Origin: Takakia lepidozioides
Taxonomy: Eukaryota; Plantae; Bryophyta
NCBI GenBank assembly: GCA_030704615.1
Contig: CM060732.1
Location: 23,498,001-23,562,000, forward strand
DNA length: 64,000 bases
Direction: 5' to 3'
Shown here: piece after piece, positions 52,391 through 64,000 of the stretch
Numbering within the stretch: the stretch's first letter is position 1
Layout: each line of letters opens with the position of its first letter
The notes under the pieces: model-generated
What the model saw: the letters and a program-made list of their open reading frames with translations, nothing else
Database searches by the model: none
What the model was told of the DNA's origin: nothing
Made by a program: the position numbers and the translations under genes

Positions 52391-55300
52391 ATGTCTGCGA
52401 ATGAGAGAACTGAAGAGTTTCTCCCTCCTGTTGTGCCCCATTTGATCTCCATGCTTCGAAGCCAGGTGCAATCTCCGGCGCCTGGTGCTTTCAATCACAC
52501 AGCGTTACATTGGCGTCTTCAGTGGCATGGAATCCCCGATGGAAGTGACAATGCTGAAGTGGCCTACATTCCATGGGGGCGTGTGAATGATTTCATAACT
52601 GGGGAGTCTTCCCGTCCTAATGGAGCCTAAAATAGTTTCCAGTGATGCTGACGACCTTGGTGAAGGAGTTCAAGCTGAACGCAGAAAAATACACCTACCA
52701 TCATGCTTATCACCTTATTCATGCAATGCGATTGTCCATCCATTGATGCATGCACGACCCTTCCAGAAACCTCCATCTCAGAAGCTGCGATTCTCCTACA
52801 AACAGTCATTTGTGTGTTGTCATTTAACCGAATGTGCAGTCTCCTTGGAGTCACAGTCATGTGTACTGCCCACATCTATTTTAGGCCACTTTTTCGTCAT
52901 GAACTCCATTGATGCATGGCTGCATGATCCTCTCATAAATTTGCATCTGGGAACATGAGGTACTCATTGAAGCATACCTGACTGTACATTGTAATTTGTT
53001 GCCAGCACTGTCTCATTTATCTGTTCGGGTGTAACATTGTTGTTAAGGGTTGAAGGATTGTGTCTTCGACTTTGCTTTCAAGTATGTATACAGTAGTACT
53101 ATCCCAACTGCATGCCCCGAGCTATTGTCCAGAACTCTTTTAGGCGCTCCCCCCTTTTATTCCATTAATGCAAGACTCTTTCTGTTGTAGGTACCACTGC
53201 TCATTCGGGCCAGAGGACAAGACTTCTGCTGTCGTGCAGGTTACATCCGCCATGGCAGCGAAGAAGTGGAAACCGAAACCTCCAAAGAAGAAGGGTAGAA
53301 AGGCACGAGTTGTTGCAACCGTTAAGGAGCAAAAACCAAAAGTACTGAGGACGTCCAAAACGAAATCTGGTGAAGGCATCAATCGGGGATGTGTATGCTG
53401 ATTTGCAGTCAAACAATGCTATTTGGACCCAGAAATCGCAGAGATTGTGTCCTACGAGAAGAGGCACGTAAATCGTGCGGGAGACATATCCCATGGGCTA
53501 GCACATGATTGTGGTCGGGTTGCCTTGGCTCCCCACATCAGCGAAGAAATGAAAGCTTGGGTACTGCATATTTTGCGCCTTGGACTAAGCATCAACAAAA
53601 TCATGGCGAAGCACATGCAGCGGGTGAAGGAAACTATGGAAGCTGGATTGGAGGCAGATCGTGACACTTTCCTGCTCTCCTGGGACATCCGCAACATTGC
53701 CAACAAGTGTGATGAGGAAATGTTTAAAAAGCACCCAAATGATGCTCGCAGTGTCCGAATGTGGGTGGAGGCCAACCCTGACAGTGTTTTCTACTACCAG
53801 GAAGAGTCCAATCACCCTGCCTGGTCTTCGAATAGCCGGAAACTGGACCTTCCTTTTGTGTTGGGCATACAGACAGAATGGCAGAAAAAACAAATGATGC
53901 ATCACGGACATTCTCGAATAGTGGCATGCAATGCAACATTCGGGACAAACAAGAAGAAGGTTGGCTCCAGGATCACCATGTGGCTGCGGACAGAGCTCAA
54001 CTATTTTCTGCATGGTCACAATTTTCCGGTCCCCTCGCTCCTCTGTATTCCTGATCAATTCTGTTGCATGCTTGTTCTTGCAGTATCCTTTGTACACCAT
54101 GATGGTGTTTGATGAGTGGCTGAATGGTATTCCAGTCGCATACATAATCACCGCAAGGTGCAAAGCCACGGATCTGCGACCTTGGATGCAGGCACTAAAC
54201 CAGCAAATGCAAGCCGTCAAGGCTGAGTGGCGCCCTAACGCCTTCATTGTCAACGACGCAGATGCGGAAATCGCTGCTATCAGGTAGCTCCGCCTCTTAC
54301 ACTGCTGATCCTTTCACATATCCAACGTGCACACACGTGTTACAGTCATTCAATTCACAACAAACAGCTCTGTGTGGGGGGGTTGTGCAATTTTCCTGTG
54401 CTTGTGGCATGTTTGGCGAGCCTGGCAAAAGAATGTGGTCTCCAAGATCAGAGATCCAGAAGTACGTGCCGCAGTGTTGCAGGATCTTGCAAAGATCATG
54501 TACGATAGAAAAGGCACATCTGGGGATGCAGGTGAGGCTTGGGCAGTATACCAAATCATCTCCTTGCGGGAGAAGTACCCCAACGAGACTGTATTCTGCG
54601 ACTACATGGACACCGAGTGGCTTCCGAAAGCAAAAATGTGGATGAAAGGTTCTAGAAACATACCACATGCCTCTCAAGATACTAATGCTGCCATAGAAGC
54701 TTATCATGGCAACCTCAAAGCGCAATTGAAGTGCACCAAAAGTGTTTTGACTAGTAGAAGGGTAGATTGGCTCATCTCCGAACTCACTGGTGATGTCCTC
54801 ACCCATTACTGGTACATGTCTCATGCGAAAGCGTATGGATTTGTTAGAAACAAATGGCTGGAGGGGTTTGTTTGCAGTTCCATATTGCTTGCCAAGCACA
54901 TTCCAGATGGCAACGTCCAGCTGCTGCACACCCCTGGGGGCCCTGCACTTATTCAATGCGCACGGGAATTGGGTAGGACATTCACAATTCACAAACCTGA
55001 ATCAGACTGGGCTTGCTGTGATTGCTCCTAGGCCCAGAAGGGGAATATGTGTGCACACCAAGTGAAGGTTTTGCAGATGATCCACCCTCGTCTCAAGGAT
55101 GGCCACATCGCAAAGTTCTTGTGGAACTCTGATGGGCACATCTAAAGGTGGCCTTCACAATTTGGTGAGAGGTTCTGAATCCCCGACTTGTATCCCTTCA
55201 TCTTTGCAAACTCCTCCACATCAGAGGTCCCCTTCCTTATCTCAGAAGAGTCCATTGCAGAACGTGCAGGCCCAAATTTCCACAGAATGGCAAACCATTG

Positions 55301-55566
55301 TGCAACTGACAGAGTCCAGTGACTACCTGCAACAACATCTCCTTGCCTTGATAAGAGCTGCAAAGGGAAAGATTCTTGGGTTGACTGCCATGATGGAGAA
55401 GGGTGTTCAGTATCCTCACGAGGAACCAGTTATGACTATTGTCGATGATGGCAAAGGGAAGTCCCTCGTCCGGTTCAAAGACTTTATGGAGAGAAATGGA
55501 CACAGCAGAAAACGCCCACCCTTGCCGACTCGAACCACGCCAAAGAAGAGATTGTACAGTGACTGA
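52391..55566 (+). pseudogene. MULE-related DDE transposase with SWIM zinc finger (At4g13970/At1g60560-like), inactivated
   Basis: 'AYIPWGRVNDFITGE', 'YHCSFGPED', 'RGCVC', 'PFVLGIQTEWQ', 'FGTNKKKYPLYT', 'CLWHVWRAW', 'TNAAIEAYH', 'CDCS*AQKGNMCAHQVK'. Stops at 53399 and 55029; likely catalytic Asp positions read Asn. Confidence 0.85.
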
Positions 55567-55674
55567 AGGTGTGTATGTGCTGCAGAAAACAGTGTCACAA
55601 CAATGTCAATCAGTCCTTCCTGATCCTCAGCATATCACTCACATTGTGTTCATCCATCTTCCAGGGTAACAGAT

Positions 55675-55845
55675 TCAAAACCCTAATGAAAATCATCCGC
55701 AACATGCACAGTGGACACTGTGCCTCGACAGTATAACCGTTTGAGGACCCTAATGAAAATCATCCAAAACCATACACAGTGGACACTTTACCTCGACAGT
55801 ATAACCTTTTCAGAACCCTAATGAGAATCATCCAAAAACAGAGAC
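55675..55845. repeat. About 68-bp tandem repeat x 2.5
   Basis: ACCCTAATGAAAATCATCC...CAGTGGACAC...CTCGACAGTATAACC repeated. Confidence 0.8.
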
Positions 55846-56354
55846 AGTGACCACGGATTGACCATCGGCGAATTCATGCGACTCACATGTATTAGACAAT
55901 GTCGCATAACACACAGTCATTTCCTGGTTCAGAAATATAGTGGAGATAGTGGTGACGTTTGTCCTAAAACTTCCTTGTATGGAGAGTTTTGTTGGGCCCT
56001 GGGACACTGTTTTCAATTCCACTTTCACGAATATTTCATGGAATAAATGTATGAATGATGGAAGGTGCAGTCATGGCAGTGGTGAAGGAAAGAGGAAGCC
56101 AGTCATGGTTCTGTTGTTAAAGAGACCCACAACAGTAGTTTTCAAGGATTTTAGGGACAAAACCCTAAAATGTGATGTCACTTGAACAGGATACTTGCAA
56201 TATTGAGAGTGTGAGCATCACAGAGTACCAGAATCGAGCATTGGGCAAAGAGCAATGAAGACATCATATTGTGGGAAATGTGTATATCTGTAGTCCTGCA
56301 TATCATGGTTTGTGTGTGTTGATTTTCAAATGTTCTTTGTGTATAGACTGCAAC

Positions 56355-59300
56355 GTTATGAAGAAGCATTTGCAGTTCCACTTGCAAAATGGACTGCTCC
56401 GGTACAAGCAAAAGCGTCTGTACGTGCCAGAGGGAGGGATCTACTACAACAAATCGCGGTATTTATGACTGTATATATGACTATTCTGCAGTCATAAACG
56501 GTACATATGACTTCTATGACTGTAAGTTGTGCAAACCAAGTCAATACAATGAGTACATGATGGTACGGTCCGGATGACTACAGTCATATGAACCAAGTGA
56601 TATCTCTCACTGCAGTCATATATACCATACTGCAGCCGCCGCTGCCGCACCACGTGGCGAGGCGCAATTGATTTAAAAAATTAAATTAAATTAAATTAAA
56701 ACTAAAAAAATAAAAACATATGTCAAACGCCGCATCGCACCGCATTGTGCCACGTGGCATAATGCATTTTATAATAATGAAAAAACCACGTGGCAGTCCA
56801 TCTAGGGTACCACGTGCTATCCCTAGCTCGCCTACTAACCCTAGGGCCATCTTATCCATTTGATTGTACTTAGAGGAGTTTGAACCTGCAACCTCTTTAC
56901 TATAAGAGTTATAGTTCACTACCTGTTAATCAATACACCCATTAGTCATTCATATGATCATATGGTGTTTTCATTGTATTATACACACCAAATTACAAAA
57001 TCCCCAGTAGTCATCACGACTATGTAACCTCATCCATGTACACTTTAGTCATGGAAATGACTATGAATGGTGAGCTAAATCTGGTCAATTGCCGTTGACC
57101 AGCCTTCCGCCCAATCCGGAGCCATGCAGTCATACAGACGACTATTTAGATAGTCGTTCATATGACTACAGTCGTATGAACGACTGCGGGAGGTCAATTT
57201 CATATAAAAACATGGTGCAGTCATGGTCAAAGTCATGAAAACCATGACTACCATGGTTTGGCAGTCATAACTACCGCGATCTGTTGTAGTGATCAGAGAT
57301 AGTCTCTTAAAAGAATGCCATGATGGTCCGCTTGCGGGCCACGGCGGAGCCAAGCGCACCGCGGCACTCTTGAAGAAAGAGTATTTCTGGCCCAAACTGA
57401 GGGAGGAGGCCAAGGAGTATGTCAAGACATGCACCACATGCCAACAAAACCGGAGCGAATACAAAAAGTAAGCGGGGCTGTTACAACCCTTGTCGATTCC
57501 AAAAGGGTCTTGGGAAAGTGTCTCGATGGATTTCATGACTGCTATGCCGCTGTCAAAAGGATTCGATGCAATCATGGTGGTGGTGGATAGGTTCAGTAAA
57601 ATGGGTCATTTCATCCCCACCAAGGAGACGGCAACGACACAAGAGACGGGGCAACTTTACTTCACCCACGTCTTAAAGCATCATGGACTCCCGAAGGATA
57701 TTGTCTCGGACCGCGATCCAAAGTTTAAGAGTAAATTTTGGAGGGCACACTTGGAAGAAGATGGGGACGAGGCTCAAGATGAGCACCGCATTCCGACCTA
57801 CAATGGACGGCCAAACGAAAAGGGTGAATTCCGTGGTGAAGCAGATCTTGCGGAATTACGTGTCGGCAGACCAATCGGACTGGGTGGAGCACTTGGATGC
57901 GACAGAGTTATGTTATAATAACACAAAACATTCCGCAACGGGAGTTTCCCCCTTCGTATTGGTTTATGGAAAAACACCTCTGGTGCCGACAAGTTGGGCC
58001 GCCCAAGACGTTGAGGAACCGGCAGCAGCGGCAGTTGAAGCTGAATGCGAGCGTTTGTTGAAGCTCGCAAAGTACAACATTGCCAAAGCTAGGAAACGGT
58101 ATGAACGGCAGGCGAATCGGAAGCGGAGGGAGGTTAAGTTTGAGGCAGGCACGGAGGTCTGGTTGAACATCAAGAATTTTTGACTATCTCCGGAAGTGAG
58201 TCCGAAGTTCGTACCTCCGTATGCGGGACGCTTTCGCATCCGGAAGGTTATGAATGAGGATATGTATGAATTGGAGTTGCCGGAAAACAGCAAGGTGCAT
58301 CCAGTATTCCACGTCTCCCTTTTTGAAGCCTTACTTCAAAGATGAAGCGCGTCCGAATCGACATCAAGTGTTGCATCCGCCACCTGTGCTGTTGGATCAT
58401 GAAAATGAACCTGAGTATGAGGTGGAGGCAGTGCTTAAGTTGAGGAGGTTCAAGAATCGAGAAACGGAGTATCTCGTGAAATGGAAGGGCTATCATCATG
58501 TGGAGGCATCTTGGGTACGTGCCTCAGAAATAGGGAACGCATCCGAGGCGGTTGCAGCTTTCGAAGGGCGACCTCAAAAGCGCAAGAAGCATTGATGGGG
58601 ACATCAACCTTGGAGCGTGGGGGAGGAAATGCATGCTTAGCCCGGCTTAGCTAGCTCAGGAATCCGATTGCAAAAACTTGTATTGTACAAATTTTGTTAT
58701 AAATGAAATGGTTTCCAAATGTTGTGCGTCCTATTTTGTTTGGAATGGTGATGCATGGTATGGTTGGCTAGTGTGTAGAATGCATGCTAGCTTACAAAAG
58801 TGGGAGAGGTAAATTGGATAATCGTGTGTTTGTGCAGTGCCGAAATCGGGTGACTCCCACCCAAGGAGCAAGGAAACTTGCGCCTTCTTTGGGAGTTCAC
58901 GTGCTAGTGCGCACCTGGCACGTGCGCGTACTATAACTGCGCTACCGAGGGGGTCGCCTTGTAGTGCGGGCTAACGCGGAAGCTACGTGCTTCCGTTCAC
59001 GTACTATAATCGTGTAGCCTCGGGACGAAGTCGTAGTGCGGCTTCGGCGTGTTCCCGTACCTCAGGCCAGCATTCCAAGGCGGACCCAATTGTAGTGATT
59101 GGGGTGCACGGTTGGTTCAAGGTTAGTTTCCTAGTCAAAAAGGGTTCAAGGTGAACCCTTGCTCAAGGTGATGCCAAAAAAGTGGCATCACGAGCGGTCG
59201 CAAGCAAATGTTGTTGCAGTAAGGCAATTCGATCCTCGGGGAGGATCGTTCCTTGGCCTTGAAGTGGGCCAAGAAGAGTGCACTGGGAGGAGCTTAAGAG

Positions 59301-60230
59301 GCTCCACCCTTGGCCGGAACTTGGAGGAAGTCGGCCAAACTAGCTAGTGGAGAGTAGAGTCAAGTGGGAGTTTGGTTCTTATCCATGGGACGCCATGGTG
59401 CGGAAACAAACTCCTTGATGTGGGACACCACAACTTGGATGTTCGTTTCTACAAAATAGACAAGTCGATGCGGACATCGACTCCCTGTTGGTAGGGGTGT
59501 GTGTCGCGACCCTTTGCCTTGAGGGCAGGGGGTCGGGATACGAGAGGGGATGCCTGTGTGGTGGGGGCAGTGGCGACAATAGATGCGGGGGCTGAAGCAC
59601 CCTTGAGTGCCCAAGGCACTCAAGGAGGCAGAGGCGCTCACTAGGTGGAGCCCCGCACACCGGATTGCGGTGGGGGTGGTTCCATGAGGGGTGGTGTTAG
59701 CTTAGTGGGACTTAGTGGGGGTGGCATATGACTCACCATGGGGGCGGAGACCTTGTGGTGGGAGTCGTGGGGAGTCTTGGGACTCATCACGTTCCAATGG
59801 GACCGTGGTGGGTGGGCCAAAACTCACCGCGACTCATCACCGGGAATCGAGGGTTTTCGTGGTGGTTCGCCATAAAATGGCATGGTTGTTTGTGAAACCC
59901 CCGCGGACAGTCACAACAGAAGTATATATAGGGAGTAGTAACCCCGAGAACGGTGCAAGCCCGTTGGTGACCAAAAACTAGTGAGTAAGCGTGCGAGCTG
60001 GAAAGCGACCAAGGTGTGGGGAGCTATTCCGGACTGCCATCGACCAAAGGGAATTTCCACTAGGCCCAAATTAGGATAGGGTCTTGTGGAGGAGTAAAGG
60101 GGGACCGTTATGTCCTGGTGAGCAGCCGAAGCTCCGAGTTGGCCCGGCGGCCAGTTAGGGAGTTAGCCGCGCGTATCAAAGCGAGTAACTATGACTTGAA
60201 GGGGAGCTTGTCGAAGTGAGGTGCGCGACA
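56355..60230 (+). mobile_element. 5'-truncated second copy of the chromovirus family (integrase, chromodomain, 3' region, 3' LTR 59502-60230)
   Basis: High similarity to about 3800-6425; retains the H2C2 integrase and 'SMDF...VVVDRFSK' core deleted in copy 1; several stops and frameshifts. Confidence 0.95.
56442..57291. mobile_element. Non-autonomous CACTA element inserted in the retrotransposon integrase
   Basis: TIRs (T)ACTACAACAAATCGCGGTA / TACCGCGATCTGTTGTAGTG; 3-bp TSD ATC (56439-56441, 57292-57294); ATGACT/AGTCAT subterminal repeats. Confidence 0.92.
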
Positions 60231-61871
60231 GTCAGATCTTCCACCACTGTTCATTATATTTGCCAGTGTTCTCAAAGATGCAAGAGCACACCATACAAGG
60301 AGCTTTGTTCCACTGCTTGTAGTTATTGGTTTCCCATTCTGCCCCCACTTTCCTCATTTATCAAGTTTGTTGTACATGTTCTTTAGTCGCACACATACAT
60401 GTGGTGTAACAGTGAATTCTGCAACGACAGCACGCCAGATACGCACAGTTGAAAACAATGCAAACACTGAATGGAACGAATGTGAACCTGAACGGCCAAA
60501 CACGTATACGAAATGCTGCACACACTGCATACAATGAGCTATGCATAAAATGAGTATGACAATGACAATGGCTTTCACAAATAGCTATGACAATGCCTAT
60601 GCACACAATGTATTCAATGTATACAGACACTGTAGACAACGGTGCTTGCAGAGGCATACGTAGGGAGGTCAAAAGAGCCACATCATAGGACAAAGAGACA
60701 TCATAATAGGTTCCCGTAAAAGATGAAGGGTCATCACACTTTGCTGCATGGAAGAACATTACGACGCCGATGACAATTGGAATGAAGATTCAGAGGATGA
60801 CGAAGATGAAGATGAAGATGAAGACGGTGTGGAATGGCATGACGTCGATGTTGAGATTGCAGAGGAGGACGATGAAGATGAGGATGGTGTGGAATGGCAT
60901 GACATTGATGTTGACATTGCAAAGGAGGAGTTCGATCCATTGAGCAATGTGAATGACAGACACCGGTGGTGCGAGTTGCAGGCAGGAGAGTGGCATGTGT
61001 TGTGGCACACAGCCATGAATATGGTGGAGTATGGGCCACAACATGCCTCCTGTCGGATTTTGGTGCATATGCGGTGGGTTCTCATTTTCTGCGGTGACAT
61101 TGAGGCCTGCTCTTTCATAAGCGCACCCGACACACGATGCCCTCTCTGTATGTATCATTGTGGGAATCCTAACGGCACTCATCGATCTCCTTACACGTCG
61201 TTGATTTGCCATTGTGCAACGCATTGGATGTCCTGGAAGGTGGAGCACAGAACATTGGCCTGGGTTATATACATAATCATCACTGGTGGAGACATTCGCA
61301 TCATGACTGAACCAGGCCATCCTTAGGTTGAGGTGTACTTGGGAGGGCATATGTTCATTTTTTAATGGTACATATCGAAACAACTTCATCACAAAAAGTG
61401 TAACGAACAGACATTGAGGCTGCAAAAGATAATTGGAATCCCCACTGGGGAGAAGGCCGATGCACTGCATGTCATACATTCGTTGCGAGGATGGGCAACA
61501 AGTCCGACATGGGACATTTCAATGTACTGTGTTACAAGCGAGGAATGCCCAAACAATGGGGAGGAGAGTACACATTGAAGGGGAAAGAGTATAAAAATAG
61601 GAAGGTGAATGCGTCCACAAATGCCACGGCAGTCATAGTCTTCTGGGAAGGGGGTTCTTCGACCTTGTCCTAGGCCGTGAACGGTGGGTTGAAGACACTC
61701 CCGCAGCCTCCCGCACAGGCCGGACATATGGTGGTCGTGCGTAGGGGAGGCCATGTCCTGCTCGGCCTTCCAGCTCTGCCATGACCAAGTTGCAAATTTG
61801 TTGTCTCTTTGCAATAGCAGCCTCAAGAGGAAACCAATCTTGGTTTAGCTGCAAACAATATGCGAGTGGTA

Positions 61872-62336
61872 TCAAGGTTGTATGTGCATGAAGAAAATGT
61901 GGAAGGACATAAACGGCACCCGTGCACAATTGCCAAGAGGAATGCGATTCAGACCATGGAGGTTCGACTGAGTGCTTACCGGACATGCACCACCCGGCAC
62001 AGGGTTCACGAAGCATTGGTCAAGGTACAAGTCAATGTAATGAGTTGTGAAGAGACCACATTCCCATGTGGAAGATTGTTGGGGAACTGGGGGGCGCACC
62101 CATTGCATAGGATCGGTGGCCTCCACCCACCTTGGGTGATCTGGAGGGTAGAATCCTCTTACCATAGCCCAGAATCTAGCAAACAGTGGCTTCAACCTCT
62201 TGTGTTTGTGCATGTTTTTAATGCTATTCAAGTGAAGGTGGCGCATGGGTTCCATTATTACGACACTCCAGTGGTTGCTGCACAATACATGCAGACTTTC
62301 AGCATCGTCATATCCACGAAACACACGATTCCACAT
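61872..62336 (-). pseudogene. Ulp1/C48 SUMO-protease-like catalytic domain, probably TE-borne
   Basis: 'NHWSVVI..HLNS...VPQQSSTWECGLF' shows the H-(D/N)-Q-C arrangement; further exon-like fragments upstream to about 62900. Confidence 0.7.
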
Positions 62337-64000
62337 GCAAAATGCGTATGGAAGCGAGACAAAGGGGCAGGGTGTGCAGAAAACTCACTCAGAAGTAACA
62401 GGGACAATGAGCGCTTCCACACCAACACAATTCAGAGAAGGGAATCGTCTGTCCATCCAAGTCTGTATGGACTCAACTGTTGTCCCATATGCACTGCAAT
62501 GGTCCCGAAGACAAATCCCAAGTGAAACTGTCTAGAAATCGCACATTACTACGTACAGTGGTAAGGAGGGAAAGTGTTTTGCAAGAAACCCAAAAGTCCA
62601 TGAGGCGGTCGCTTGTCCAGCCCCTTGCATGCACCAGGTCATCTGCATCTTCTAGTCTAAGAGGGATCTGAGGGGAGAATGCATCTTGCATAAACCATAT
62701 GTATGTCGTTGGTCGGACAAGCGCACCACAGGCAATCCTGAAAACACGCACCACATATGCGTTTAAGGCAAATGTGCATGGTCAATGACAATGCTGGTGC
62801 AATTCGCAAGAGGATTTGAAGGTATACCATATCATTTACTATAAAGAAGGGTGCACGGGCGTTGAACTCACAATACTTTTTCCATCTCGCTATGTATCCT
62901 GCACAGTGCCGAGGAACCATAAGAATTCACGCGCACATGCAAGCGCTCGTGCAACAGTACACATACAAAAAAACATGTTACATGCAGGAATACAAATGCT
63001 TACCTCTTCCTCGTTTTAGTTCGTTGGCTTGGAACTACAAGTACAGCATTGGGTGGAACCTCATCTGGAGAATGGTGCATTGCATCACTCGCGCTATCAG
63101 CCGCGATGGCGATGGGGCTGGCGAATGTGACATTGCGGGCAGACTTACGTTTGCCCTGCACACTCCCATCCACGTCACCCTGAGTCTGTGCTGTGGCGTC
63201 TGTACTGTCAAATGTATTCACACCCGAGGGAAAGAAATATTTGGGGACGGAGCTGGCGATGGAGCTAGAGCAGAAATGAAACCAAGGATGGCCTCTGCAA
63301 TGGTGAAACCTGCCTTGAGAGCCTTGATGCTCCTTGCAAAGCCTCCAGAGGAAGGGAAGTTTCTGGAGGATGGTGCGCCATCTGAGGATCCGTCTGACAG
63401 TGACTGCTTTGTGGCCCAGGAAAAGGAGGTCGGGCTTGGCTTTTCGCTAATGGTATCCTTGTTAACCGCTGGTTTATGACTTAGACAAAACAAGCTATCA
63501 GCATCACTACCCATTTCCTAAGACATGCAACAGAGGTTGTCCGACGGTATGCTTTCAGAAACGATTACGAAGTAATCGTTTTAAGGATAGCTAAACCATG
63601 AACATCGTATGAATTTATCTCCAGGCAGACTACTTAATCCTATTGATTAAGCTCAATTTATAGTCTCTCCCTGGGACGAATGGGGGAAGGCAATGCAGAG
63701 ATTTTCTAATGTGGCATTCGGGGCTCTTCAAAAAGATGGACATGGGGGGTTTCTGAGGAACCAACAATGGTTGCCGCAGAAACAAATGCACCATCATCAA
63801 GGGGACATTGGACACTAAGGGGGGCAGGACTCATAAAAGGATGTGCAGAATTGCAAGAGGCCACAGGGGGCAGAAGTCCACCACAATCGGGAAAGACCTG
63901 ACTGCCAGCAAGGTCCATTTCAAGTTGAGTCAGGAGACCTGGTTGGGGACAAAGAATGTCGTCAGAGACATCTACAGAGGTGTCTTTGTCATGGGGGTGA

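Noticed and set aside
60748-61326. Acidic 192-aa plus-strand ORF
   Set aside because: Low-complexity (GATGAA)n plus a 60-bp duplication inside TE-derived sequence; coding status unsupported.

Overview
Eukaryotic nuclear DNA from a land plant, probably a non-seed plant (inferred from spliceosomal introns, a PLS-DYW PPR editing factor and plant TE families). A gene-dense core (about 16.9-51 kb) is flanked by nested transposon blocks. Left block: a chromodomain Ty3/gypsy element (371-6425; both LTRs, PBS, 5-bp TSD) inserted into an older gypsy pol, then a CACTA relic carrying an FCP1-like phosphatase domain, and a LINE fragment. Core genes: NUP107; a four-exon gene fusing an OSB-type PDF ssDNA-binding motif to a PLS-PPR-E-DYW deaminase; Nit1/NLP2; a METTL21-type methyltransferase; DDX41/RH35; a secreted Gly/Pro-rich tandem-repeat protein with dibasic sites; a plastid-type SAM methyltransferase; a Rossmann/CIA30 protein; PET117. 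Right block: a hAT MITE, a dead MULE/SWIM transposase, a truncated second chromovirus copy containing a CACTA MITE, and a Ulp1-like protease relic. Best candidates for something undescribed: (1) the PDF-PPR-DYW fusion, (2) the multi-core secreted peptide precursor, (3) a conserved hairpin array with complementary loops in the retrotransposon 3' region. Exon coordinates were read by eye, family assignments are by motif recall rather than database search, and the assembly appears to contain some indel errors.
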